NCBI RefSeq assembly: GCF_036365525.1
Contig: NC_090399.1
Span: 15,251,558 to 15,315,557 of the forward strand
DNA length: 64,000 nt
Reading direction: 5' to 3'
DNA from: Heterodontus francisci
Taxonomy: Eukaryota
Shown: one piece after another, positions 1-12,800 of the stretch
Layout of the letters: every line of letters begins with the position of its first letter
How positions within the stretch are numbered: position 1 is the stretch's first letter
Program-made: the position numbers and the translations under genes
The notes under the pieces: model-generated
Database searches by the model: none
The model's input: the letters and a program-made list of their open reading frames with translations, nothing else
What the model was told of the DNA's origin: nothing

Positions 1-274
1 GCGGTTTTATATTTAGACTGTAGATTCCATGTCCCTAAATTGCATATTGCTCAGTGATCATGGTCTTGAAGTTGAATAAAGGGGACGAAAGCAGCCACTA
101 GTTAGATTACAGACGTGACCCGAAGTTTCCATTCAGCTCATCGTGGGTCGGTGATTTCAGCACCGATGTTGCCGAGATAATGCTAATAGTTTCCTATTGG
201 GGCCAGTTACCCCCATGTGCCAGCAGTTAACATCTACACAACAACCCAGCTCCTGTACAGGTTTGCAGAACTCT

Positions 275-579
275 GGTAATTGTGTCAGCATCCTTGCCTC
301 TAAATCAGGAGGTTGTGCGTTCCAGTTACACTTCAGCAGACTTAAGTACAAAAATCTGATGTTAATGCTGATTCACTGTCGGAGGTGCTGTCCGTCGGAC
401 CAGCAATTAAATCGAGGCCCCGCCTGCCCCTCCTCAGGTGGACATTACAGATCCTACGGCACTAGTCTGAGCAAAGGAAGTGGCATGGTGCCCTAGCCAA
501 TATTTATACCTCAAGCAAAAACAGCTGATGTGGTCATTACCGCATTGCTGTTTGCGAAAGCGTACTGTGCTCAAATTGT
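275..579 (+). mobile_element. DeuSINE-type SINE, degenerate
   Basis: Deu-domain-like core cactgtcggaggtgc...gaggccccgcctgccc...caggtggac...gccaatatttat...cattgctgtttg. Confidence 0.7.
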
Positions 580-2470
580 CATACGAACACACGAACATAG
601 AAATCAGGAGCAGGAGTAGGCTGCTCGGCCCCTCGAGCCTGCTCTGCCATTCAATAAGATCATGGCTGATGTGGATTGTAACCTCAACTCCACATTCCCG
701 CCTACCTCCAATACCCTTTCATCCCCGTGCTTATCAAGAATCTATCTACCTCTGCCTTAAAAATATTCAAAGATTCTGCTTCCATTGCCTTTTGAGGAAG
801 CGAGTTCCAAAGACTCATGACCCTCTGAGAGAAAAAAATTCTCCTCATCTCTGTCTTAAATTGGCGACCGCTTATTTTTAAATAGTGACCCCTAGTTCTA
901 GATTCTCCCGCAATGGGAAACATCCTTTCCACATCCACCCTGTCCAGACCCCTCAGGATCTTATATGTTTCAATCAAGTCGCCTCTTACTTTTCTAAACT
1001 CCAGCAGATATAAGTCTAATCTGTTCAACCTTTCCTCATAAGACAAACTGCCCATTCCAGGTATTAGTCTAGTAAACCTTCGCTGAACTGCTTCCAATGC
1101 ATATACATCCTTCCTTAAGTATGGAGACCAACACTGTACACAGTACTCCAGATATGGTCTCACCTACTTTTATATTCAATTCCCCTTGCAATAAACGATA
1201 AACTTATATTAGCTTTCCTAATTACTTGCTGTACCTGCATACTGCCCTTTTTGACATTCATGCACTAGGACACCCAGATCGCTCTGCCTCTCAGATCACT
1301 TCTATCTATCACCATTTAGATAATATGCTTCTTTTTTATTCTTACTGCCAAAATAGACAATTTCACATTTTTCCACATTATACTCCATTTGCCAGATCTT
1401 TGCCCACTCACTTAGCCTATCTAGATCCCTTTGTAATCTCCTTATGTCCTCTTTGCCACTTACTTTCCTACCTATCTTTGTGTCATCAGCAAATTTACCA
1501 ACTATACTTTCGGTCCTTTCACCCAAGTCATTTATATAAATTGTAAAAATTTGAGGCCCCGGCACACCACTCGTTACATATTTCCAAACAGAAAATGGTC
1601 CATTTATGCCTATTCTCTGTTTTCTGTTAGCTAGTCAATCTTCTATCCATGCCAATATGCTACCCCCTACACCATGAGCTTTTATTTTCCACAATAACCT
1701 TTGATGTGGCACCTTATCAAATGCCTTCTGGAAATCTAACTACAGTACGTCCACGGGTTCCCCTTTATCCACAGCATATTTTACGTCTCCAAAGAACTCC
1801 ATTAAATGGTTAAACATGATTTCCCTTTCACAAAACCATGTTGACTCTGCCTGATCACCTTGAATTTTTCTAAATGTCCTGCTATAACCTCTTTAATAAT
1901 AGTTTCTAACATTTTCCCTATGACAGATGATAAGTGAATTGGCCTGTAGTTTCCCACTTTCTATCTCCCTCCCTTTTTTAATAAAGGAGTTACACTGGCT
2001 ACTTTCCAGCCTAATGGGACCTTCCCCGAATCTAGAGAATTTTGAAAAATTAAAACCGACGCATCAACGATCTCTCTAGCCATTTCTTTTAAAGACCTTA
2101 GGATGAAGTTCGTCTGGGCCCGGGGACTTGTCAGCCCACAGCACCAACAATTTGCTCAGTACCACTTCCCTGGTGATTGAAATGTTCTTGAGTTCCTCCT
2201 TTTCATTTTCTGATTGACAGCTATTTCTGGGATGTTACTTGTATCCTCTATAGTGAAGACAGATGCAAAATAACTGTTCAATTCATCTGCCATCTCCTTA
2301 TTTTCCCTTATTCATTCCACAGACTCACTTTCTATAGGACCAACGCTCACTTTATTTTAAATATCTACAGAATCTCTTACTATTTGCTTTTATATTTCTA
2401 ATTAGCTTTCTCTCGTACTCTAATTTTCCCTCCTTATCAATCTTTTCGTCATTCTTTGCTGTTCTCTCTA
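580..2470 (-). mobile_element. 5'-truncated CR1 LINE (RT and 3' UTR)
   Basis: ORF fragments KFADDTK, RPYLEYCVQCWSP, FFSQRVMSLWNSLP; short tandem 3' tail at ~581-600. Confidence 0.92.
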
Positions 2471-2880
2471 TTCTGTCCACTGATGCACTGATGACGTCTG
2501 CGATCGCTCTGCGCGTGCTCTGCGTTCTCAGGACATTGTAATGAGCAATCAGAACCGGAAGAATATTGTTTTGGGATATAATATTGAGACCGACTGAAGT
2601 TTGAAGTTTCCGTAATAAATTTTTAATTCCTTGCTTTACAGTAGAAAATAACAACATTTCGGCAGCACCGACGTAATAATGCATCATCAGATGAATTGAA
2701 TTATGTGACTTTGTGTTTTTATACATGCTTTATGAGTTAATATTAATAAACAACAGCAGGTTAATAAACTGGCCGGTTTATATTGTCAGATGAAGGAAAT
2801 TGATTCCCTAATTGTACGTCAGCAGGGTTTCAAATGTGCAACTGCACGTAAAATCCATCAGTGCATATTGTACTCAGCGG

Positions 2881-2883
<3 letters not shown>

Positions 2884-2913
<30 letters not shown>
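2884..2913. repeat. (AT)n microsatellite
   Basis: Direct inspection. Confidence 0.95.
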
Positions 2914-2915
<2 letters not shown>

Positions 2916-3244
2916 CACTATAGGTAAAAAGAAAAACCTGAAACACTGAAACAGAACCAAAAAAAAACGTTGCAAACAAACAACAGACCAGTGTCAGGGT
3001 GTGAAATGCAGCTTCAGTGGGAGTGAAAAATGGTGATAGTGGATTGGGCGCCGAGTATACTCCCCGCGGGATTGTCCTTTGCCATACCCAGTAAGCAAGA
3101 TGAAAATCTACCCAAATAAATGGATGGATCGAATCTTTATCATCAAGAACACTAGGTTGCCCTTACAAAACTGCTAATGCTATTGTTATAATTACATAAC
3201 ACATGATGTTAGTTCTTACTGGTTCTTTGATCATTATTTATAAA

Positions 3245-3480
3245 GGACTGTCTAATAGAAGCTGTCAATTTGTTTGATGTGTTTCTAGATATATGTTCAA
3301 TTATATACTTCCAGGCTTTCTTGGCTAACAAAATAAGTTCATCAAAAAGTTAGTGACAAGTTATTTGAATGGAAATTTGTTCATTTTTTTAAAGGATTCT
3401 AGCTGGAAGATCTGGATACGTACAATGAACTGGAGAGGGATCACCCTGAACAAGTCCACAGCTCGTCAATTGCACACTGA
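3245..3480 (+). pseudogene. Relic of the two ITAM exons of another paralog
   Basis: Nucleotide similarity to 19255-19437 including intron ends; donor GT mutated to TT, indels, in-frame TAG; still reads LEDLDTYNEL. Confidence 0.75.
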
Positions 3481-6182
3481 GTAAATAAATGACTATACCA
3501 ACAAAAGTTCCATTTACAATTGCAGCGAGCAATTGTGTCTGCATTTATCGCTCCCTGTGGCAATGTATTCCACGCACCAAGAACTTCCGCATAAGAAAAT
3601 TGCTTCTAAACTCTCTCCTCAAGGTCTTGGTAAAAATACTGAATAGACGAGCCTTCATCATGGACGCTACAACCAGTGGGAAAAATCATTTCCTGTTTAC
3701 CCTATCAGTACTCTACATGTTTTTAAAACTTCTCTTAAATCGATTCCTAATCTTGTCATGTCTTGACTACATGACTTGTTATTTACTATAGCCAATTTAA
3801 TTTACTCCATTGAATGGTGAATTAATGTTCACTTGTAATCTTTCACTGTGTGTACAATAATTTACCCACACTAGATGAACAGTAAGGACTGCACACGTTG
3901 AAAGTCTGAACTAATGTTAGCTAGATTCTCATATTTTGTAAAAATATCTTCACACTTTAATTGCTATAATATCGATAAACTCGTGCAGACCACAATGAAT
4001 TATAGTTGATCAGCTACAATAGAGGTTTGTTGAAAATAAACATGGCCTGCACACCGTGATTAAAATAAATCGACATACGCTGTTCTTTAATCACTTATTC
4101 ACTGGATGATTGTACGTGAATTCAATCGAGTGAGTAGCTGCTTCCATAAAATAATCACGGCCGCTTCGCTGCCTGGATTTTCGGGGGATGTGAGTTTTGT
4201 TATTGGATTGCCATCTCCCAATTCACTATCAGCGATCCACCAGTTCCTACAATTACATCAGAAATAGTGACCATTTATCATTATTAGATATTCTCTTTGA
4301 AAATGGTAAGCAAAAATGTTAGGCGAGCTTATCCACGTTTAAACAGCAACTGGCTAGTCGGTGGACTGTGTACACACTAGGCAATCGTGTCGAACCAGTA
4401 AAGGGGAACGGGAGATGATTGCAATTGCAGGAACTAATTGTAACTATTTCCAACTTGGTGGTATTAAATTAATAGAGAGGTTCCAGAAACATTAGGGAGC
4501 GTTCAAATGTTAATGGCGAGATTGTTGATTTCGCAGGAAGCAAAGGCAAACTACAAAACATGTCTTTCACAAGAACCTGCAACGGAGGGCGAGCTGAGCT
4601 TTTTGGATGTGGTGTAACTTTTAAGTAACTTCAGATGCGACGCGAAAATGTACCACATTCTGCATGCCTGCACACAAAGCGCCGTTTAAATTTGGATTTG
4701 GATGACAGAATTAGTACAACACGGGTGTTCGGGTGAATTGTATCCGTGACATTTCTTTTAAATTTAAAATTGAGAAAATGTAGGCCCAAGTAAGAGTTTT
4801 TCCCAAGTACAGTCTGTTGCAGTCAGCAGCCTGAAAGAGAAAGCTCAGTATTTCGAGTGGGGCCGTTGACCTAATTGGCGTTAACATGGCCTTGCATAGT
4901 TTTACTTTAAATTGGTGTTCATGGGCACTGCTATGTTTGAACAACATTCCGGATTGCTTCTTGCTGCCCATTAGACTTTTTGGGCTCCTAGTAATTAACC
5001 AAGGCTAGCTGAATTGGAATAACAATAAAATTGCATTGTCAGGAAATCGTGAACGATTGAATATTGATCAATTCTGTTTATTAATATTCTTACATACCTG
5101 ATTAGCTGCCCCACTTCTAACGTTGAAACAGGAGGTCAAGGAGAGCGAGGTCTAACTAACTAATCACTGACATGACCACAATCCATCAATCGAGATTCTG
5201 CCATCTATCAGCGATTCTCTGAAATCGGCAAAGATATACTGAAACAAACAATAACAAATTGCTGCATGGAATTGATCGTCTCGTTTTTAACTGAACCCTG
5301 GCCTTTACCCACCCAGTAGTAATATACCGGAAATGAGCTCGATGCGGACTCTGATTCATGGCAGGCCGAGAAGAGAAATGCGAGAAAGTCTTATGCGAAA
5401 ATATAGACCCGCAGGCGTGTTGGGAAGTCAAGCAAGATTCAGGCAACTTTTTTAAGTATACAATGCCCAAGTGTGCTATTTCACAATATGATTTAACATT
5501 GTTAAATATTGTGCACCATTTATTTATGCAGCTTCTATTAGTTCTTTCACGGAACATTACATCAATGGCTAATGGTATTTATTAAAGACTAGCGGACCTC
5601 TCAAGGCGCGGTTCCATAGGTAGGTAGCGTCAAATACATGTTTAGGGACTTGAGCATTATGTAATGAACAACGACTTATTTTTTTTCTGCTAAAAAGGCA
5701 TCCATGTCTAAAATGGTCAGTCCTTTTAAACCCACCAGCTGCAATCAACCTGCCTCCTGGGTCAGTTTCAGGCGAGTTGTTCTTCATCAGATCCTTTCGT
5801 CAGACCGATTTCCTCTTTTTCCTTGTTGTTAATGTAGCGTCTGCACGAACTGAATGGGTTCTTTGCTATTTTGCATATGCTTTTTTAAGGGGCATCATTG
5901 TCCCATCATTGTTGGCAGGTCTTTAAGCAGCCTTCGTCCTGCTCTCCGGACTGCTCGACCACTTTGCTGAATAAATTGTTCACTTTTTCATTTCATTTCC
6001 TAAAATCAGTTTGAATTTATGAGCTCCGTGAGCAGGATTGTTATACAGTTACAGAAAGCAGTAGTAAATAGTGCGAGTAACTGCTTCTTGGTATTATTAC
6101 CTCAGCTAAGTGTGATTAGGGATCGATACTCCAAGATCAAATAAAATACAACAGATGTGCAGATATCTGATTTTTATTTTAG

Positions 6183-6500
6183 GTCAATCACAATGGGTTG
6201 TTTACGGTGGCGGTTTATCGTCTCAGGAAATTGTGTTGTCTTATACCAAGAACATTAGCATACACGTGTTGAAATAATCCCAATATGAAGATATGGACCG
6301 CTTGGTGAATTGTACTACTTCAATCTGACAAGTGGTTAGTCCTTACATTGGCACTGAAGGACAATAAAGCATTCAAAGACCCGAATGTTAATTGAAATTT
6401 TAAAAACTTTGTAAAAATTACCGAACTCAAGTCACAGGACGCAATTCATTAAAGCAGTAAACTAATTTAATCGAAGATTCTGGGAGCCAATATCAAAATC
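6183..6500 (+). pseudogene. Heavily decayed Ig V-like exon
   Basis: Strong acceptor ttttattttag|; with frameshifts reads KNISIH, VN(W)YYF, LKDNKAFKD, FVKITELKSQDA (E-F strands); many stops. Possible decayed leader ending AATG|GTAAGC at ~4264-4305. Confidence 0.45.
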
Positions 6501-6548
6501 AGACCGATTTGGGAATCTTTCCGCATATCCAGACATAGATCATTGGTG

Positions 6549-6681
6549 TAATAAAAGCAAAATACTGCGGATGCTGGAAATCTGAAATAAAAACAAGAAA
6601 TACTGGAACCACTCAGCAGGTCTGGCAGCATCTGTGGAAAGAGAAGCAGAGTTAACGTTTCGGGTCAGTGACCCTTCATCG
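6549..6681 (-). mobile_element. Short Penelope-like terminal fragment with 11-bp flanking duplication
   Basis: Near-identical to ends at 29890, 49540-49695 and 52363; flanked by gatcattggtg on both sides. Confidence 0.8.
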
Positions 6682-7979
6682 GATCATTGGTGGCCAGCTG
6701 AGGGGTTCTATTTGGCGGAGGATTAGGTAACCGGACTCAATCGCACATCTTGTAAAGATCTATAGCCTTTCAATGTAAGACGTGGCTGTGCGTCAGCACA
6801 TGTGCCCGTGTGTTTGTCCTTGTCTCTGTGCGTGTGTGTGTGGTCTCTGTGCTGCTTGTGTGTATTTGTAGGAAATGTATCGATATGGTTACAATGGATC
6901 CTTTAAAGAATGCTTCAATTCTCAATGCTGTACCGCCTCGGGAGGCAAGAGATGCGATTTGATGCAATTCAAATTGAATCAGAAATTGTGGCCTACGGGG
7001 ATATGACTTCCAAGGAAATATAAGCTATCTTGCTCATTTAGCGTCTCACTGATAGAATGGTTTCAACTGGGTTGTAAGACCATAGTGACACATTAAAGTT
7101 TCTTATCCGTGGCTGCTGTTATACAGATTGCACCGAACGTTGAAATGTGTATTCTGCAATAACGGTTTCTTAAAAGCGGTTATCAAGTAAGTAAGTTTTA
7201 AGAATGAATTAATGAACATTTTTAGACATTCAGCTTCGGTGCAATTAATAGGAATCGGCCCCACCCGTCATGCGTCGAAGTAGAGGCGGCTGAACGTGCT
7301 ATACAAAGTTTATTAAAGCTCAACAGTTTCTACTAGGCTTTCTCTAGTTATTAATAGAATGAGTGGCAGGTGCAAAGCCCATATTTGGTGAAAAATATTA
7401 AGTTATGTATGATCCTATAGTCCTGGTGTTGGCTGGTTTTGATTATAATGTATGCGGAGTCACGTTGTGGGCCAGATATTGACACATACTGTTACCAAGT
7501 CTATTTCCAACACTTCCGGCTGCAGTTAAGCTAAGAACAGTTGTGCAAGTAAAGCGGTTTAAACATCTCCAACTTTTCAATTCAGTTAATTCTCTGTTGA
7601 ACAATATTGGTGTGCAGATTATCTTTAGTCCGTATGTATTGTGTAATTGCCGTCGAGTGCTGACAAGCTTTCGGCACAGTGATTAAGATGGAATTCCATG
7701 TTTTTAATCATGCTTTTCACATAGGCATCCACTCTGTGAAACCATTGCACATGGGCTCCATTTCCTCCGTGATTTCATCCTCAAAATCTGGATCTCACCG
7801 ACACCGTCGTCCGCCCTTTAAGGAGCCGGTCTGATTTCCATTGCATGAATATCAATAGAATGTAAATCAGGCGAGTGCTATAAAGGTCGGTCGGTGTTCT
7901 CGGTCAGATTAACACCCTAGCTGGTAAAGACAAAATTCATTCTCCTAGTACGTTTGCGGACGTGGCCATTGTTGACTCA

Positions 7980-8106
7980 GGGGCTGAAATTGGTTTTGGT
8001 CGATAATGCAAAGAGGAGTCCGTTTTACTTCCCGGTGGAGTGTAAAACAGGCTGCGGATTCGGTATTTCCAGATTCGCACCACAGTCCAAGACCAATTTC
8101 ACCCCC
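7980..8106. mobile_element. ~127-bp palindromic MITE-like element
   Basis: 20-bp terminal inverted repeats with 2 mismatches (ggggctgaaattggttttgg / ccaagaccaatttcaccccc). Confidence 0.6.
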
Positions 8107-9651
8107 TGTGTTAGTTGGGATTGCTGTGCAGACTCTGGCCACAACATACGTTTAAGTGAGGGGGTAATGCGTTTGGTTGTTCGCTGATTTGTGCGGGGGA
8201 GGGGGGGGGGGGGGGGTGGGGGTGGGAATCACAGTATGGAAATCTGTCCGTTATGTTCCATACACTACATCGCACTCGGGTGTATGTTGATTTCCGAATC
8301 CATGTTTTCATTCCATTACAGCGGATACACTCAGGTAAACACGATGAAAAAGTCTGCAATCAAAGGATATTGCAGCTATTGAAAGGATACATAAGAGAGC
8401 CACCAGAAAGACTAAGGATCGGGAAGGATTGAATTATGAGGAGCGATATGTAAATTGAAAATGTCAAGTTTGAGAGGGAATATCGTTGATTTTTTAAAAT
8501 ACTGCAGGGACTGGACAAATTAGACCATGACAAACTAGTCCATTTTGTCCAGAAGAGTAGAACCAGAGGGCATTGCCTGCGGTTGACGGGGATAAACTAG
8601 GAAAAGAAAATCAGTAAACGAATGGTTAGTCTATGAAACAGACTCCTTAAGAGATGGTGAAATAACAAATTCATGTAAATGCACATTCGATAGATTTCCT
8701 TCACAAAGTAACCTTCTGGGATTCATCATCTGTGGATATGACATACTTGGGCAGCACAATTTGATTTTGGGCCGAAGGCTCCCAAATCTCTCCAGCATTG
8801 GGGTCTTTCTCGTCTCATGTCTGGACCTGCTAGAGGCTAATGGATAGGCAAAACCTCCATTATTATTGTATCATGCGGCTACTAGGATGGTTGAAGGTGA
8901 ATTAGATGGGCCTTGGTCTCCTTTCGTTTAGCAATCCTTATGTTCCTAAGTGCTTCAGTGACTCTGGAAGAGCCATGATTTTCAGTAGTTTTCAATGGGA
9001 CCTCCCTAAATATTTCAGTTGAGATTAGAACTGGCCGGAAATCGCACCTAAGATTCTCCGTTCTTTATTGTTTAAGGGAACACCGGGCAATTCCTAAATA
9101 GGCAACTTTACAGCCTACTATGTGTTCATTGTAATTATTCCAACGTCGCTCTCAAGTTACTAACAACAGTCTAATACAGCAAAGTTAGAAAGTTGTGTAG
9201 TACATGTTACTTAACTTTTTAAACGGCAACAGTGTGAATAAGTGCTGCACCCTTGTATCCTTACCCAAGAACGAACCATTCTACTAAACCTTGCTGGCTC
9301 AGACTCAGCCGTTCTGGTGCTATGTTATAGTTCGTGACACCATTTAATTTGAAAGATGCAATTTAATATGCATTTATAGTGTAAGCTTAATTATCAACAC
9401 TCTTTGACTTAACTCAAGGATGGCTAAGTTGGAAGCTTTTACAGGAGGTCTAACAGTTTCATAACCTGGAGTGGTGTCTATTTTACAAGCACATAACAGG
9501 GAATACATCAGCATTGAGAGCCATTACTGACACGTCCAACATCCTTCATTATCCAGCTCCAAATTTAATACAACTTGTTCAATGATAAAAAAAAATGCGC
9601 TGAAAGTCAACACCCAATTCATTTCTACAAGAACGGAGTCTGCGCATACTG

Positions 9652-9657
9652 TGTGGT
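9652..9657 (+). promoter_or_regulatory. Candidate RUNX site TGTGGT ~110 bp upstream of gene A ATG
   Basis: Consensus match only; a TGCGGT next to GAGGAA lies just upstream of the gene B leader (~32435-32447). Confidence 0.25.
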
Positions 9658-9769
9658 CAGTGCAAAGCCCACAAATAACGTCACCGGTGGAGTCCACACT
9701 CAAAGCGTTGACAGTGGCACTCTGTGAACAACATCACATCTAATACCTCCTGCCGTGTGTTCATCGACC

Positions 9770-9827
9770 ATGGTTTTAATTCAGCAAATTTCTTTTATAC
9801 TGGTGGTTCTCGTTCAGCTAACCACGG
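9770..9827 (+). CDS. NCR3-like: Gene A exon 1: signal peptide MVLIQQISFILVVLVQLTT(G)
   Basis: Kozak-like gaccATGg, hydrophobic core, phase-1 donor G|GTTAGT matching the phase-1 V exon acceptor. Confidence 0.78.
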
Positions 9828-12800
9828 GTTAGTCAATTTATATTATTGGTTATATACTGACCTGCTTATCCCACTCGCTACCATATAACATCCCAGTTAA
9901 TTTAGGAGGCTCGCAGCAATATAATGTTCTAGTTAACTATGATCGTCGTTATAACACAAGATTGCGTCATTCCAAATATAATATTGAAATTAATTTAAAT
10001 TAAATGCTTTACACACAATTAGAATTTTGGTAAGGATCTCTCAGTGTGCGGATGGTGAATATATTGCTTCAGATGATGTAATTGTAAACGTGCCATTGGA
10101 TCCTATATTATTGGGATTTGCCAGTAACATATAAGTGTCAGGTTATTTCACAAAATGTAAAGTGATAGTGTCATTCTGCTTGGACAATTACTGGACTGTA
10201 ACTTATGGATTACCATATTCTGGATTTTCTCTTCGTATCATTTGCTTCACTTTGGAAAGATGTTTTCCTTTCTGCTTTGCGCTAACTCAGACTCAGTAAT
10301 CTCCAACGATAATCTTTGATTATTTTTTTACATTCTTTTTATATGGCACCTCATATCTGGGTATTGATCTGAATTGACTTAGTTCACTTTTCTAAATTTG
10401 TAGAGTGGGAATTATTCTGAACACTAGTTGTAAGCGAGGCGGTGAGTATATTCATGAAGGGTTTCTTTTACATTTTCCCTTCTATATAGAAATGCAGAAT
10501 GAAGAAAACCTTTCTGAATGCATTCAACCATGTCGTTACTATACATAATTCTTACCGCATTGTTAAGAAAGGTTTCAACTCTTCTCAGATGCATTTTAAA
10601 ATTCGGCCAGTTGTACCGTTCACTCATCTTAGACATCCGATGTATCGTTACGGGTAACTGAATTAACAGTACCGGCATTCACGAAAGTGTACAGAATTCA
10701 AAGAATATTCATGTTGCGGGTGATCCTTAGGTTAGGATTAAGTTCGTGTATATTCATTGCAAAGTAGCTGACGCGCAAATTGAAAAAGACACCTTAAATT
10801 CAGTCAGATTATAGACTTGAACAGTCACATAAACAATGCAGGTTTAATAAATAATATTTAGGTGAATATTCTAGGGATTCCTGGTTTGCCGCCTGACTGG
10901 ATCCCGAGTTCATCGGCCTCTCTGTTCCTGCACTCCCATTCAAATTTTTCCTTTAGTTCCTTTTGCCTCTCCTCGTTGTTCCTACCAAATTGTACCACTT
11001 TAAACCTCTCTCATACAGTCATGGATTCATACAGCACAGAAATAGGTACTTCGGCGCATCGTGTCTGTGCCGGCCATCAAGCACCGACCTATTCTAATCC
11101 CATTTTCCAGCACTTGGCCCATAGCCTTGTATGCTATGGCGTTTCAAGTGGTCATCTAAATACTTCTTAAATGGTGTGATGATTCCTGCCTCTACCATCT
11201 CATCAGGCAGTGCGTTCCAGATTCCAACCACCCTCTGGGTGAAAAAAGTTGTCCACAAATCCCCTCTAAATCTCCTGCCCCTTGCCTTAAATCTATGCCC
11301 CTTGGTTATTGACACCTCCACTAAGGGAAAAAGTTTCTCCCTATCTAATCTATCCATGTCCCTCATAATTTTGTATACCTCAATCATGTCCCCCCCCCCC
11401 CCCCCCCGCCCCCCCTCAGCCTTCTCTTCTCCAAGAAAAACAACCCTAGCCTTTTCAGTCTCTCTTCATAGCTGAAACGCTCCAGCTCAGGCAACATCCT
11501 GGTGAATCTCCTCTGCACCCTCTCCAGTGCCATCACATCCTTCCTATAGTGTGGTGACCAGAACGGTACACAGTATTCCAGCTGTGGTCTAACTAGTGTT
11601 TTATACACCTCCATCAAAACCTCCCTGCTCTTATATTCTATGCCTCGGCTAATAAAGGCAAGTATCCCACATGACTTCCTAACCACCTTATCTACCTGTG
11701 CTGTTGCCTTCAGTGATCTATGGACAAGTACACCAAGGTCCCTCTGACCTTCTGTACTTCCTAGGGTCCTACCATCCATTGTATATTTCCTTGCCTAGTT
11801 AGTCCTCCCAAAATGCATCACCTCACACTTCTCAGGATTAAATTCCATTTGCCACTGCTTTGCCCATCTTACCAGCCCATCTATATCGTCCTGTAATCTA
11901 AAGCTTTCCTCCTCACTATTTATAACATCACCAATTTTCGTGTCATCTGCAAACTTACTGGTCATACTTCCTATATTCATGTCTAAATCATTAATCTACA
12001 AACAGCAAGGGTTCCAGCACCAATCCCTGCGGTGCACCACTAGTCACAGACTTCCACTTACAGAAACACCCCTCGACCTTCAAGGAGAATTGGAAGAGTG
12101 AAGCCAGAGCCTGCACAATTTATACCCTTCCTTCCCTTTGTAACCACCAGGACCGATAAATTTGAGAACTGCCAACTGTTTAAGTACCTCCTCTTTATTT
12201 TTATCCTGTTGAATATCGTTACTGCCTCCATCTTTATCACTACCGTGGCAGCATCCAGTTCTCTAGTGAAGACATATGCAAAGTACGGATTTACTACTGC
12301 ACCCATATCTTCTGTCTTCACAAGAGGTCCATAATCAACCATTCCCTCCCTTTGACAAACCTTTTACTATTTATGCCTTTATAAAATACTATGAGGTCCC
12401 CTGTTTATGTTAGCCGTGAATCTATTCTCATCTTAATTTTTGCCGCACTTATTTCCTTTTACGTTTTGTATTTCCTTTTTCACTTTCTATACTTAACTTT
12501 GTTCTTTGCTGTTATTATAAACCTAACATTTGTCAAAGCCCTCCTTTGTCTGTCTCATTTTGGCCTCCATATTTTTTATTATCTAGGGGACCCCAACTTT
12601 GGATACCCTTCCTTTCCCATTCATGGGAAAGTCTCTCGTATTTCCTAAATACCTTGTTACTGGGCACATCAAGTTTGCAATCCTCCACTTCTTTGAGCCA
12701 AGTATCTGTTAATTTCGCTATATCATGTTTCAATGCGGCGACCTGTGCCTGTAGTTCACCAGCCTTATACACCACGCCACGTGCATTTTTACACATGCAC

